A program made the translations under genes and the position numbers. A model generated the notes under the pieces. It was not told the origin of the DNA. It made no database searches and worked only from the letters and a program-made list of their open reading frames with translations. From NCBI GenBank assembly GCA_021613535.1, contig CP075496.1, positions 12,090,001 to 12,154,000 on the forward strand: a stretch of 64,000 nt of DNA, read 5' to 3'. Source of the DNA: Adineta vaga. Its lineage: Eukaryota; Animalia; Rotifera. Shown piece by piece: positions 27,405-40,089 of the stretch. The first letter of the stretch is position 1, and each line of letters opens with the position of its first letter.

Positions 27405-28381
27405 AGGCAAACTCTAAACAAGCAATCGATAAATTAATGATAACAGTATAGCAATTGTTTAGCAAAAGAAATTTTACCTTTTTATTGCTTTGTTTAGTTA
27501 ATCGTTTTTATCAATAAAAAACTGAAAAAAGAATAATTATTTCTTTATGTTTTCATTCGAAACAAAACTAAAGACTTTCGAGGTAGATAAAAATGTTATT
27601 CTCGCTAAAGATATGCGAGTCATCGAAATCACGAAAAAAAAAGATCGACGTGAGAAAATGACGAATTATTTGTTAATTGAATAAGAACATAGTTGAAATA
27701 TATCTCGGATTTCTAGAGCAAATACTATTTTACAATCGTATACGTGGGGAACAAGCAATGATGAATCATATTTCTTGATTAAAATTTCTATTGAAGATAA
27801 CATTTTCATAAAATGATCAAAAGCGGTACAAATAATAACAATTATAAATGATATATCGCATGACTTTTCATAGTTTTTATACGAATCAATATCATAGAGA
27901 AATCTATGACGAAAAGAATGTCGAGTCTTTCCAAATGATTTAACAATTTGTCGACAGTCTCCTTTATATTTCTAGTTCACCTCGTTTTGTATTTCACGAA
28001 TACAATTGATTACAATTCTTCAATGGTTCAATGAACAATAAAAAACATCATTGAAAATTTCTGTTGAATTTTTCTCTTCAACAAATCTTTTCGAACTACA
28101 TCACATACATAATCTTCTTCCAAGTAGAATTCAAACAAAATACAAATGACAATGCTACTTACAAATGTATAAGTATATATACAAATAAGTTAATCGTTTT
28201 TTTTTCTCGCTTGTTTAATATCTATCGATCAATGCATTTATCGATCAAGTGAAGAAAGAAAAGAGAAGAAGAAGAAGAAGAAGAAAAAAAGTCAAGACAT
28301 ATATTTCTCTTTCATACCGGTCATTTCATTTATTAGATTTTACCTTTTGCTTTTGTTATTCAACAAATCTTTCGATTGATT

Positions 28382-31300
28382 ATGATTTTCATCAAATTAA
28401 TCTTGATTCTTTTTCTAATTCATTTGTCTTATGAAAATCAATGTCCATCATCAGATTATTGTACTTGTTCACCTGATTTAACGATAATCAAATGTACAAA
28501 TCGTCAACTAACAAATGAATTACTTTTCAATATCAATAACCAATTACCTCGATCAACAATTCTTTTGAATTTATCGTCAAATATTTTAACATCTGTCGAA
28601 TTTTTATTAAATCTAAATCATTTAGAAATTCTTGATTTATCATTTAATAAAATTCATTATCTACCATCTGATTTTCTCTCAAGATTTCCTCATTTAACAT
28701 CTTTATATTTACAAAATAATTCCTTGCAAATTCTTCCCAAAACATTTCGAGCAAGTTCAACCGTTCATCTTGATCTTTCCAATAATCCATTTCATTGTAC
28801 ATGTCAATCGAAATGGTATCAAAGTAATTCTCAATTGAAAAATCTTCTTTGTCAAAATCAAAAACCATTTCATGAAAATGATTTTTGTCGAACAAATCAA
28901 TTGTTTTCAATGACTCCACATAAATCTCAAATAGCTTATGAAAATGAACCATTTCTATTGAATTGTTCATCAAATTCAAAACGTTATTGGACATTAAATG
29001 AAAAACATTATCCATCAACTATTACATCATCTTCATATTCAACAATAATCATTGATCATCTACAAATGAAACATTCAGGAATATGGACATGTCATTATTT
29101 AAATTTAAATCATTCGATCTCATTAACGATTTTACCAAGTTTAGTCGAACAATTTTGTCCATCAATACGAATGAATACATCGAAAGGATTATTTCATTGG
29201 CCACGTACATTAATTAATAATAAAATCGAAAGAAAATGTCCTTTCGGATCAGCAGCATGGTTAAGAAATTCGAATGAAGATGCTCGAGCATGGTATACAT
29301 GTTCTTCGAATGGAAATTGGATGCATTTAGATCTAGCTCAATGTGCATTTCAATCGAATATATCACGAATATTTGATTATTTATCATTAACAGAAACAAA
29401 TTTATTATTACGTTTAATTAAATATTTATCAAAATTAGATAAGAATTTGTTTGATTTGAATGATATGATTTTATTAATTGATTTAATTGATGAACAACAA
29501 AATAAATATCAAAATCAAGATCGAGTAACGTTAATTTTTCATTTAACAGATTTTATTTTACAAATCAAACATAATTTTACATATTCTCGAGAATATCAAA
29601 TGGCAATAACAAGGTATAAATACAAGTTTCTTTGTATCTTTAAATATCATTTGAATTTTATTGTAGATTAAGATTCATTATCGAACGTTTAGTAGATTTG
29701 ACAGAACAACCATGGGTATATATCGGTAAAGAATTAACAGCTATGTCAATACAAGCACCTTTAACTTCGACATTATGTTTAATTCCAAATCGATCATTAT
29801 TAACTATTCTTTGTGAACCGGACAATCGTCAACATTATGAAGTTTGTTTTGAAATTCGGAAAAAAAATATATATCTCATTATTTCTCTTCTAGTCTCCAT
29901 TAGCAACGATTCATTTTCCACCGAGTTCAAATAGAACGACTCAAAAATCTTTATATCAGGTTATTTTCTATCGTCAATCGATACTCTACGTTCCTAATGA
30001 GAAAAAAACTCTTATCAATAATCCTGTTCTCTACATACGACCAGGTAAATATATATCTTTGATTTGAATTCTGTATGAATCATTGTTCCTCTCTCTCTAG
30101 TATCAAGATACAGTTCATCACCAGTTGGACTCACTTTTTATAATCCAGTAAATCAAGCATCGATTGGAATTTGGTATTCCAATCAAACAACATGGCAATT
30201 ACAATCTTCCGTTTGTAAAATAAATGAACAAGTAATAGAAATAAGAAAAAAAATACTTCGATAATTGACATTTCTCTCGATTGATTTTAGAATTCAAATT
30301 TAATTTCAACCTATTGTGTTCTATTCAATAATAATTCTCTCGCATTAACCTATCTTAATGATGTCGATCAGCATGAAAATGGATTTTTCAATAAAAAATA
30401 TTCTCAATTAACTATCTATATTTCATCCATACTTGCATCAAGTTGTTTTCTTGTTTCAATTGTCTGTTATATTTGCTTTTCTAAGTAATCATTCATTACT
30501 TTCTTTTACAAAACAAGCAGAATATTATCTTTCATTTAGAATTTATCAAATGCCACGACGTTTTTTTCATTGTCTAATTAATTATTGGCTTAATCTCACT
30601 ATTCTAATACCATTATTTGCATTTGGTATTCAACAAATTCATTATCCAATTCTATGTGAATTGATTTCTACTAGTCTTCATTTTCTTTGTTTAACAACTA
30701 TTCTTTGGTTAACATTATTAACATTGTAAGATAACAATTGAATTCTTTCGATGAATAGAAAAGAAAAATGTTAATCTGTATTTTAGTTTAATTTGGAGAA
30801 AATTTCATGGAATGTTAACACATAATGATTATCAACGAAAGCCACCGGTCATTATGGTTGATTATGATGATGATGTTAGTTTACCTATAGTTAAATTAAA
30901 ACCAAAATCTATTGTTCAATTGTATTTATTTGTATATGGAATTGGATTTCTCATTTGTGGTATTGATATGATTGTATCACGTGAAGAATATATTATCAAA
31001 ACAATGTAAGTATATTCATTCATTCAATAGAGTTGAATGATTTTTGAAATATTTCTTTTTATTTAGATGTTTTTCAAAACATTTTGATTCGATTTTATTA
31101 TTAATTATTCCAATATTTATCTTTATATTTTTCTCATTGATTTTATTGTTAATAACTCGTCATTATATCAAACATTTAACAGAAAAACAAATCTCTCGAC
31201 GAAATTGTTCTGATCAAACTATTTTACATTCTGAAAATCTTCTTCCATCACGACGAAATAAAGTCTTACCCATTTTTGTACCATCAAATCTTAATCCTTA

Positions 31301-32664
31301 TCATTCACCTTCGGAAGATTCTTATCTATCCGATACAGATTATCAATATGAATCAATCAATCAATTATTATCAATTCTATGTCAATTTATTCTTTTAATT
31401 TTATTATTTTTATCCAGTTCAACTATTTATCTTCAACCATTACATTCATTTAAATTACGTTTTGAATATATAATTTATAGTCATTTATATGGATTTTTTG
31501 TTTTATTTCTCGCATTCTATATATTATCATATCATATTTTATCACGTTCAAATTTAATTAAACGATATTATTTTCATCGAAATAATGAACATAATTTACG
31601 AAAGGAATTTTATCGTGAACGACCCATCTCATCGGCAATTAAACATTTTGATCTTTCATCTTGTACAGAACAAGTTTCTCTATTACCATCAACACATGCA
31701 TGTTATTTATCCAATCGAGATATTTGTCAAATTCCACAACAAACTGAACGAACGACCATCTATAATGAACATATGTATGATTCTAAACCGATTGTTAAAG
31801 TTGCTTCGGAGCATTATGCATTGCATCGACATATATCAAAAACAAATTCTTCTGAACATGCACCATTATTTAGTGCATTAGATGTCATAGCACATCGGTA
31901 AGAAATTATATGTATTCAATAGGAAATAAATCATCGTCTTTTGTTTTTTTTTCTGCAGAAATACGAATCGATATCGACCACAACGGAATTCACTTTATGA
32001 AAGATCATTAAAAAGATCAACTTACTATCCAATTGAATCACATATATTACAAGATAAAAATACACATGTAAGAATTTCTTTTCAAAAGAAAACATCTCGA
32101 TTTTTGTTCTTCATTTGATTTCAGTTATCATCATCTTCATTTCCATCATGTCAATCATTTACTTATCCAAGAATATCTCCATGTCAAGCTATTATACGAC
32201 CAATTCCTATTACTCGTCTTTCAACATTAAACGCTATAAATAATCTATCAAATTCTACACATATTCTTCAATCGAATACGAATCGAAATTCCTTACTTGA
32301 TGAAAATCATTTGACAACAAATAAACGACGATCATTTCATTTGATATCCTCATCTTCGCATGATGATTACCAAAGTGCATATGCATCTTTGAATAAATTA
32401 GATTATTCAATTCAACAAGAATCATCTGATGACAATTCTTCGAGTCAAAAGAATTCAGCATATCAATGCATACAAGTTGAATATATTGATGAGATGGAAG
32501 ATGGAAGTGTTTCTCTTAAACAATCGATTTGTGATTCTAAAGAATCATTAGATAGTTTATCAACAAAAAAATCCAATTCACCAACAATCGTATCATCATC
32601 ATTGGACTCAGAAAATGACATTTTTATTGTAAATCAACTTCCATTGCATGAAAGTATTGTGTAG
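28382..32664 (+). CDS. Adhesion GPCR, ADGRA2/3 (GPR124/125)-like: LRR-Ig-HRM-GAIN-7TM
   Basis: Signal peptide, LRRNT (CPSSDYCTC), LRRs (LDLSFNKI, LYLQNNSL, LDLSNNPFHCTC), Ig (LNC..W..SGIWTC), hormone-receptor motif FCP....TSKGLFHWPRT..C..W..C...GNW..LDLAQC, several hydrophobic TM segments, and a C-terminal PDZ-type ending LHESIV*. Confidence 0.85.
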
Positions 32665-34914
32665 ATAAGTTTTCTGTTTTTTTTTCTTTCATATTCATGT
32701 ATTAACAAGTTCTTTAGATAATTACTTTTAGTTTGTAGTTGATTCGATTTCTATGTCAGATATAATTTGAAAAAGAAGAATTAATCATGATGATAATGAA
32801 CATAAATATCATTGGTTGAATAAGGCAGAAGAGTGCAACACGAGTTTATCTTGATCTTGATAGAAGGAAAATTATATTTGATTCGAAATCAAATGCAAAT
32901 CACGTGACATTGTTTCGATGTGTCTACAAGTTGCTACATTTTTTTCTGTTAAAAAAATGTATTATTTTCTATGACCATGTCAATAATTTTCTGGAACACT
33001 TTGATAAATGAAGCAGAACTATTGTGAACGAACAAGTTGGAAATTGTGTTTGAATTAACTTTATTCAACTATTGAAATATTCATTTTCAATACGAATGAA
33101 TTACAAACTTTAGTGAACATCAAAATCAACAATTCTTCAATGTAACGACATGGAAAAAACCAACATTTATTGATATTGATATGTGTCCTAGTAAAAACGA
33201 TAGAAAATTTGCAATAAACGATAATATATAGTCGCTCGGTTAGCTATTAATCTTCATTTTTTTACCTAAAGGAAGTTATTTCTCTCCAACAAAATTAAAA
33301 AGTGGGATATTTTTCACCTATATTAATTTTTCTGATGCAATCGAAGTGATTTATTATATACACACTCGTTTGATTAATCGAAGGTGACAGATAGTGACAG
33401 AAAGAGTAATATTTTGATTTTAATGTAAGTATATTCATGACATCGTAGAAAGAAATCAATCTATTAATAATCATCGACTCATCAAACATAGATATTTATT
33501 GATCGTCTGACAAAATGACGAAACTACTGTCGTATTTGTCCACGAATAACATGTAAATATAAAGAATGACAGACTGATTTTTAGAATAATAGATATGAGA
33601 GAATGCTTAGCTTTTGATATTTTAACTCGAATCGAACCAATATCAATAATCTCAACAAAAAAATAGAACGTACTAAGAGCTGTCCTATGTACACTCTCAA
33701 ATCAGTGAATTCGAATTCTTCAATGTCTGACGATGTTTTATCTAGCAAATAATTTTAGAAAAAAATCTATTCAATATCATTTATGAAGAAATAATTGCAT
33801 TGACATAGCAATACATTTTCAACGAAAAATAAGAATTGATTTTTATTTCAAAAGAGATATATCAATTACTGAAAATTATTTATGATAAACAAAATATGTC
33901 AACACAAAGATGTTTCAATGAATGAATATACAGATAGTGTGCGATAAATTTGCATATACATTTTTTAATCAAGATCTTAATGAATAGAAAATTACCGAGA
34001 CTCTTTTGTTAGTGCGTATATGTTTATAGAAATTCTTAATTGGAAATATATGTACGAAGGTTCTATCAATATTCGTGTCTATATTTTGATGGACATCAAC
34101 CTAAATTTCATAGTTAAAGATATTTTTTGCCTAAAATACAGACCTATTTAATAGAAGTAACGAAACGAAGAACTGCTTTCATTTCAAAAGATTGTTGACA
34201 CTCGGAAATATTCTTTCTAGTTCAATAGTTTGATGTTATATGAATGCCATTCATCAGGTAAGGTTTTGTAAATATTTGAGAAGAAGACGTTTGAATTCAG
34301 TTTACTCTACGAGAATGTTTCCATTATATCATTAGTTTGTATGTTCGCACTTTACAAAAATACTGGTAGAAGCAATCTTAATATTGTTATAACTATTCTT
34401 TTCTTTCAGACATATATACGTGTATCATCATCATCTATGATTAATGCGGAACGAAATGACAAAAGTGCATAATAAGCAAAATGTGACTAGACGCCTACTC
34501 AGATCACATATTGATAATCAGTCAGGTTTTTTCTTTGTTTCAAGGATAAATTTTTCATGTTTATTTAGTTATACATGAAGAAAAGAGACAGCGAAAGAGA
34601 GAGAGAAATCATGTTACAGAAATTCGTATTGATTGCACGAAAAATAATTAAACATGAGAAGACTCATTGATATATCAATTAAAAAACGAGAAGAAAAGAA
34701 AACCCTGACAAACTGGTTCGAAAAGAAAATCGAATGGAAGTATAAATACTGTATTATAACCTTTAAAAGAAACTCATATTGTTTTCCACGCATACATTTC
34801 TCTGACAAACAATTTGAACACTATTTGAAAAAGAAACTTACGAACAACGAATAAGGTAAAATTTTAATTTCAATAGAGAAGCAATGTTTTGAAAGTGAAA
34901 TTATTTGTTCAGAG

Positions 34915-35916
34915 ATGGCTATCGCACTTGCTGGCATGAATGTCAAAGCAGTGATGTTGATGTTCGGTGGTTTCATCATCACTATCATAGCTATAGCAGC
35001 GACAATAATTCTCAGTATTATTCCAACTTTTACAACAGATAGTAGTACCCAAGGATATGGAGAAGGTAAATAAAACGCAATGATGAAGTTTATTGAATTT
35101 TCATAAATATCAAATAATCCTTCTAGAATACAAATGTCCTGCCATAATGCTTAAATCAATATATGTAAACTCATCGGAAAGTTATATAAATAGCAGCATT
35201 GTTACTAATCCAGCATTATCTACCCTTGTATGTATTTAGTTTTCGTACTAGGATTTCAATCGTGCAAACTCTAGTTTTGTTTTGTAGAGTACAGCAGCTT
35301 TGACTTCAATCTCAGGCAAAAAAAAGATTACGGGTTGTGTGATCAGTTCTCTGTATGGATATGGTCCATACAATGATAGTACTACAACAGCAAAACGTCG
35401 TCGACGTGCAACAACTGTTGGTTTATATAGTATTGGACAAATGAGATGCTTCTTTTCAACTGCCTGCACTCAACAAAGTGACAAGGGCAAATACGGGAAT
35501 GCAACTTCAATTAGTAACTGTATTAAAGATCGTTTAACAGCAACTAATTCCATGTTTACAAAATCTGGAAGTCTTACTCAATGGACACCTGTGCCAAGTT
35601 CATTTGCATATACCATTGTTAATCAAGCCAAAACTGATTTCACCGCGTTAAGTGTAAACAAAGTTTATGGAGTTCGTCCGAGCAATGCTGACGCGATTGC
35701 TAGCAGTTTTGGTATCGATATGACAACTCGAGATAAACTTCGTAAGAAATTCATTTCTCAGACTTGAAAACTGAATAACTTATTGCTTTTCAATTCTTCC
35801 TTCTAGTTGCTGGTTGTACTTATGCAGGAAAACTTTCACAAGATTCAATATCCGCCATTATAGCAGCTCAATATACAGAAACAACTACTGCACCATCATC
35901 AACACAAATTGGTTAA
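34915..35916 (+). CDS. Uncharacterised type II membrane protein with KRRRR site (paralog A), 4 coding exons
   Basis: Spliced: MAIALAG...FIITIIAIAATIILSIIPTF..QGYGE|EYKCPAIMLKSIY...|..GCVISSLYGYGPYNDSTTTAKRRRRAT..YSIGQMRCFFSTAC...|LAGCTY...STQIG*. All introns are GT-AG, and intron positions match paralog B. Confidence 0.8.
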
Positions 35917-36269
35917 ACTATCAACAATAATTCATCAAATTCAATATCAAAAATATATAGACATTTCATGTCACTCCTATTTTAATTTTTTTTATAATTT
36001 TAACCTTTAACTCTAAGTTATCCTTTCTGTTCTCACCCACTCATTAACAAGGTTTCGCCTATCTTCTTTATTTACTTATTTTCATTCTTGAGCATTTACT
36101 ACAAACCTTTATCTTTTTTCTCTATGCTTTTTTTTATACTACCTCTTATCTCTCCATCGAAATAGAAAATAATCACGAATCGACAACAAACAATGCTGAT
36201 TATGAAATATATTTTAGAATCGCTTCCACTTGTTTACGATATTTCGAAGATTAATGATGTCTAATCAAC

Positions 36270-36915
36270 GGTGATGCCAAGTGATCCGGAAAAGAAAAAT
36301 CCGGAAAAATTTTGACTTAAAGTTTATTAATGATAGAAGACATATTAAAAGGTGTAGAAATATTAAAGACAATCTGATAAGCTTATTTTTTTGAAGCCAC
36401 CAGAAGTGAGAACCCTACGAGAAGCTCGGCACGATCGAATCGTTGTTGTAGAAGCGGGTGTTCAAATTGTCGATTAGCTTCTGCATCGCCAACGTCTTCA
36501 GTATCGTTTTCTTGTGTGCCCCTGCCTTAAGCTTTAGAGTTTTTTGTCGATAGATAACTTCTTCGGCTTGCAAGCAAGCGATGAACGCCCACATTATGGG
36601 ATGAATTTTGCTCATCCGCTTGTTAAAACGATTATTTCACTCTGAATACGAAAAGAAAAATGCTTCTCGTCATGAGATCTCATGAAGACAAAGTGAAATA
36701 GCTAGTACTAGAGAGCGAGAAGGTAAGAACATGAATACATAAGGAGAGAGCGAACAGAGAACATATATATCAGTTCCTTTGACCTCCGACAAAGCAACAG
36801 GAAGAAAAAACTTTCGAAATGATTTATTTTTTTCCAAATTTTTATATTCCTGATTTCTTATATTCTTGATTTTTTCTATTCTGGATTTTTGTTTTCCGGA
36901 TTACTTGACATATTC
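36270..36915 (-). mobile_element. Non-autonomous MULE (Mutator-like) DNA transposon, internal deletion derivative
   Basis: Flanking direct repeat (c)taatcaac at 36261-36269 and 36915-36923 (8-9 bp TSD). Imperfect TIRs: ggtgatgccaagtgatccggaaaagaaaaatccgg versus the reverse complement gaatatgtcaagtaatccggaaaacaaaaatccag. Internal minus-strand fragment *NNRFNKRMSKIHPIMWAFIACLQAEE resembles the MULE transposase C-terminal motif. Confidence 0.85.
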
Positions 36916-37572
36916 TAATCAACAACTAATGTTAACGACAACAAATGAAATATTAATTGGAAAGAATACTTGTGTTTCGTGCCGCAATCTTCTTCTCACC
37001 ATAATGATCATGAAACATTAGACAAAAAATGAAAATTACTAAGGTCATATCATTATCAAACATTTCTAGATTAACAAGTTGTTTATTTACACTATTTTCA
37101 TCATAAAACTTCAATTAAAGATTTCGTATCTATTATATATATAGACTAAATGTTTTGTAACATAAAAGTCTTTCGACTATCTAGAACTTTATTGTGTTTA
37201 GTAGTTGATACATTGCGTTCTACTCGTACGAAACGCGAAAAAGAATTCTTTTATAAATTTATATGTAATCCTCTTCCAACAAGTTTTATGCTCTATTTCC
37301 TACAATTTCCATGTTCATAAAACAAAGTACTTCAGACATATAACATCATTCACCTTGTGATTAATCATCGTAGATATATACGTATAGAAATTCATTAATT
37401 AAAATTCCAGTTTTTTATGCTATTATCAATATTCATTTATCAATCATGCCTTTGTAAATGCTCCTTTTATGGATGAATATATACGTATATATGTCTAATA
37501 TTTGTAAAATTATTCATATTCAACAGTTTGGGTAAGAAATTGTAAGTTTAGAAAATTTTTTTATTTGTGTAA

Positions 37573-38640
37573 ATGGATAAAGTATCATCAGTAAAGTAAG
37601 TCAAGTTTGATATTTGAAAAGGAAAATGCTATATATTTTTATTAGAAATTCTGCATTTGGTGCTGTTGTTGCATTAGGAACATCTGGTGTTGCAGTTCTT
37701 ATTGGTATATTTCTTATAGGAGTGTTAGTAGTATCATTAATTCCTGTTTTCGTATCGGATCAGAGTCAAGAAGCATATGGAGATGGTAAATAAGTTTTAG
37801 TTTCTGGAAAAAAAAGAAAACTAAAATCTTTTCATCTTTTAGTTTATCGAATTTCATCATTAACAATCAAAGCTATATATACTAATGTGTCGGTCAATTT
37901 TACAGGTGGTGCTATTTTAAGTCTTTCAGCTATGTCTCGTATTGTAAAGAATTTCATTTGAAAAGTAAATGTATGTTTTCTATATGAAGATTTTATTTAG
38001 TGTACAGAAATTTTTCGTCAGAAAAATATAAAAGATTTCTATGCATGTGTCGCAACAAATTTTACTGCGTATGGGCCATCGAACGATACAAGTGGTACTA
38101 CAGCTTTACGTCGACGTCGTAATCTTGATGATACTAGTGTCTATCAAATAGGTGATATTTTACTACTTTTTTCAAATACATGTGGAAATAGGCGAGCATT
38201 ATCAAAATGGTATAGCAGATTGGTCGAAGGAGAGAATAGTTCATGTACAGCTCGACGTGCAACTGCTTGTAGATCATTCATTACAACACCAAATAATGGA
38301 TATAATGGTAATCGATGGTTTCCTTTACCAGCTGGCTATTCTCAAGTTATTTATACTAATGGAACTGGATGTGCTTCAATATCTATTAGCAGTATATATA
38401 ATATTGGAACTTCAGCATATCCACTTGTGTATAGTCGATATAATCTTACTCGATCTTCAGGTCTTCTAAGTGAGTTTAACTTCATTTATCCTTTGTTGTC
38501 TTTTTGAAGAAGATAAATTTTCTCATATTTTAGTTGGAGACTGTCGGTATGATTCTATATTATCAAAGGGAAATTTGACAGCTCTGGTTGATGCTACCAT
38601 GAACCCGCCCATATCTCTGTGTACATCTACGATTGGTTGA
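37573..38640 (+). CDS. Uncharacterised type II membrane protein with RRRR site (paralog B), 5 coding exons
   Basis: Spliced: MDKVSSVK|NSAFGAVVALG..VLIGIFLIGVLVVSLIPVF..EAYGD|VYRISSLTIKAIY...|CTE..ACVATNFTAYGPSNDTSGTTALRRRRNL..YQIGDIYYFFSNTC...|IGDCRY...STIG*. Collinear with paralog A. Confidence 0.8.
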
Positions 38641-39519
38641 CTTTTTTTAAATGCGTCGAAATTATTTTTCATTTATTCATTCAAAATTTTATAAACTATT
38701 GGTCTCTTAAAATAACATTCTTTTTTACATATACTATCTCTCTTTTTTACGAACAATTCATACACTATAAAACATTAACTATAAACATTTTCTTCTAAAT
38801 AAACGTTTTTTTTTCCGAATATTAAATTCATTTTTGCATATGAAATAAATCATTAGATCAACTTCATTAATGATTACATTAGTTGACAACCATCAGTCAT
38901 ATTTTATTGAGAAAAAAGAACTTCCGAAGGATTCTATAATTAAGAACATCTTGAACTGCTATTTAATGTTGTAGATTTTGCTCAAGGCACTATGACAATC
39001 GTTTAAAAAAAAATATTATATATGTACTTTTACACGATTTTATGTATAGATCATTAATTATTGTCAAGAACAGATGTAATAATTGATTTTTATCATATAC
39101 ATTTAATATTCGCTATCCTCACAGTACAATTGTCATTGTTTTTGTCAAAGATCGTCCATTCAAACAGATAGTTTCAACAACGTCTAGAATATTAATTCAT
39201 TCACATGATAAAATTTTTGACGAAAAAAGACATTGTGTAGATAATAAAAAGTCGGATCTTACTTTTTATCTCGTGTACGTATCTCAACATATGTAAGAAT
39301 TACAAATCATTGTTTTTTTGTTAGTTAAGATAAATAGCTTTTACCGTCGTTCTTTCTCTTCATTTCAATATTGACACGATCAATTAATTCCTGTCATTTT
39401 TAAATGAACACTTCTAACTAAAAAAAAGATGGAAATCCGTTTTTTTTTCTTTACCTTCTATTCTTATTTTTACACATGTCATTTTCTTTTTCTGTTCACT
39501 TTAAAAAGAATTACATCGA

Positions 39520-39783
39520 ATGGGAGAGCGAGTAAATCAAGACTTGATTGTTCCTTATGCATCTTATATTACATTGGGTGTCGTTGCACTTATCATTATT
39601 TCAATGATCTTATTCAAACTTGCAGCAAGAGATAATAGGTTTTTATCGAATTCGGAATTATATATTTATTCTGCACCTGATCCTCCTCCACGAAAAAATG
39701 TTGCTAAAAATAAACCACGTGTAAATACATTTCTCTCGCCTAAACCTACACCACCGGTTGATAGTGTTGCATCTTTGGAATGA
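39520..39783 (+). CDS. 87-aa single-pass membrane microprotein with Pro-rich cytoplasmic tail
   Basis: TM YITLGVVALIIISMILF followed by KLAAR, then SAPDPPPRK and SPKPTPP. Codon usage is coding-like, and AATAAA follows at ~39837. Confidence 0.6.
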   Translation: MGERVNQDLIVPYASYITLGVVALIIISMILFKLAARDNRFLSNSELYIYSAPDPPPRKNVAKNKPRVNTFLSPKPTPPVDSVASLE

Positions 39784-40089
39784 ATTAACACTTTTCTGTA
39801 TTGCTTCATTTATTTTGCTTGAAATAGTAAATTCAAAATAAAAGCTATGTCTATGATAATGATTTTCTTTCTTTCCCAGCTATAAAATATTTCTAGTATT
39901 TAAGAAAAGCGGTATTTTTTTTTCTATGTGCATTTTATCTGCTAACAAACTTGTTGAAATACGTCACACGATGTTGATAATACAGAATGAAAAGAAAAAT
40001 GCCTTGTCATCGTTACACCGCGTCAAGGGTATATATATATGTGTGTGTGTTACACGCGGACTGCTTGTTTTTAATATAATAAACAATCA

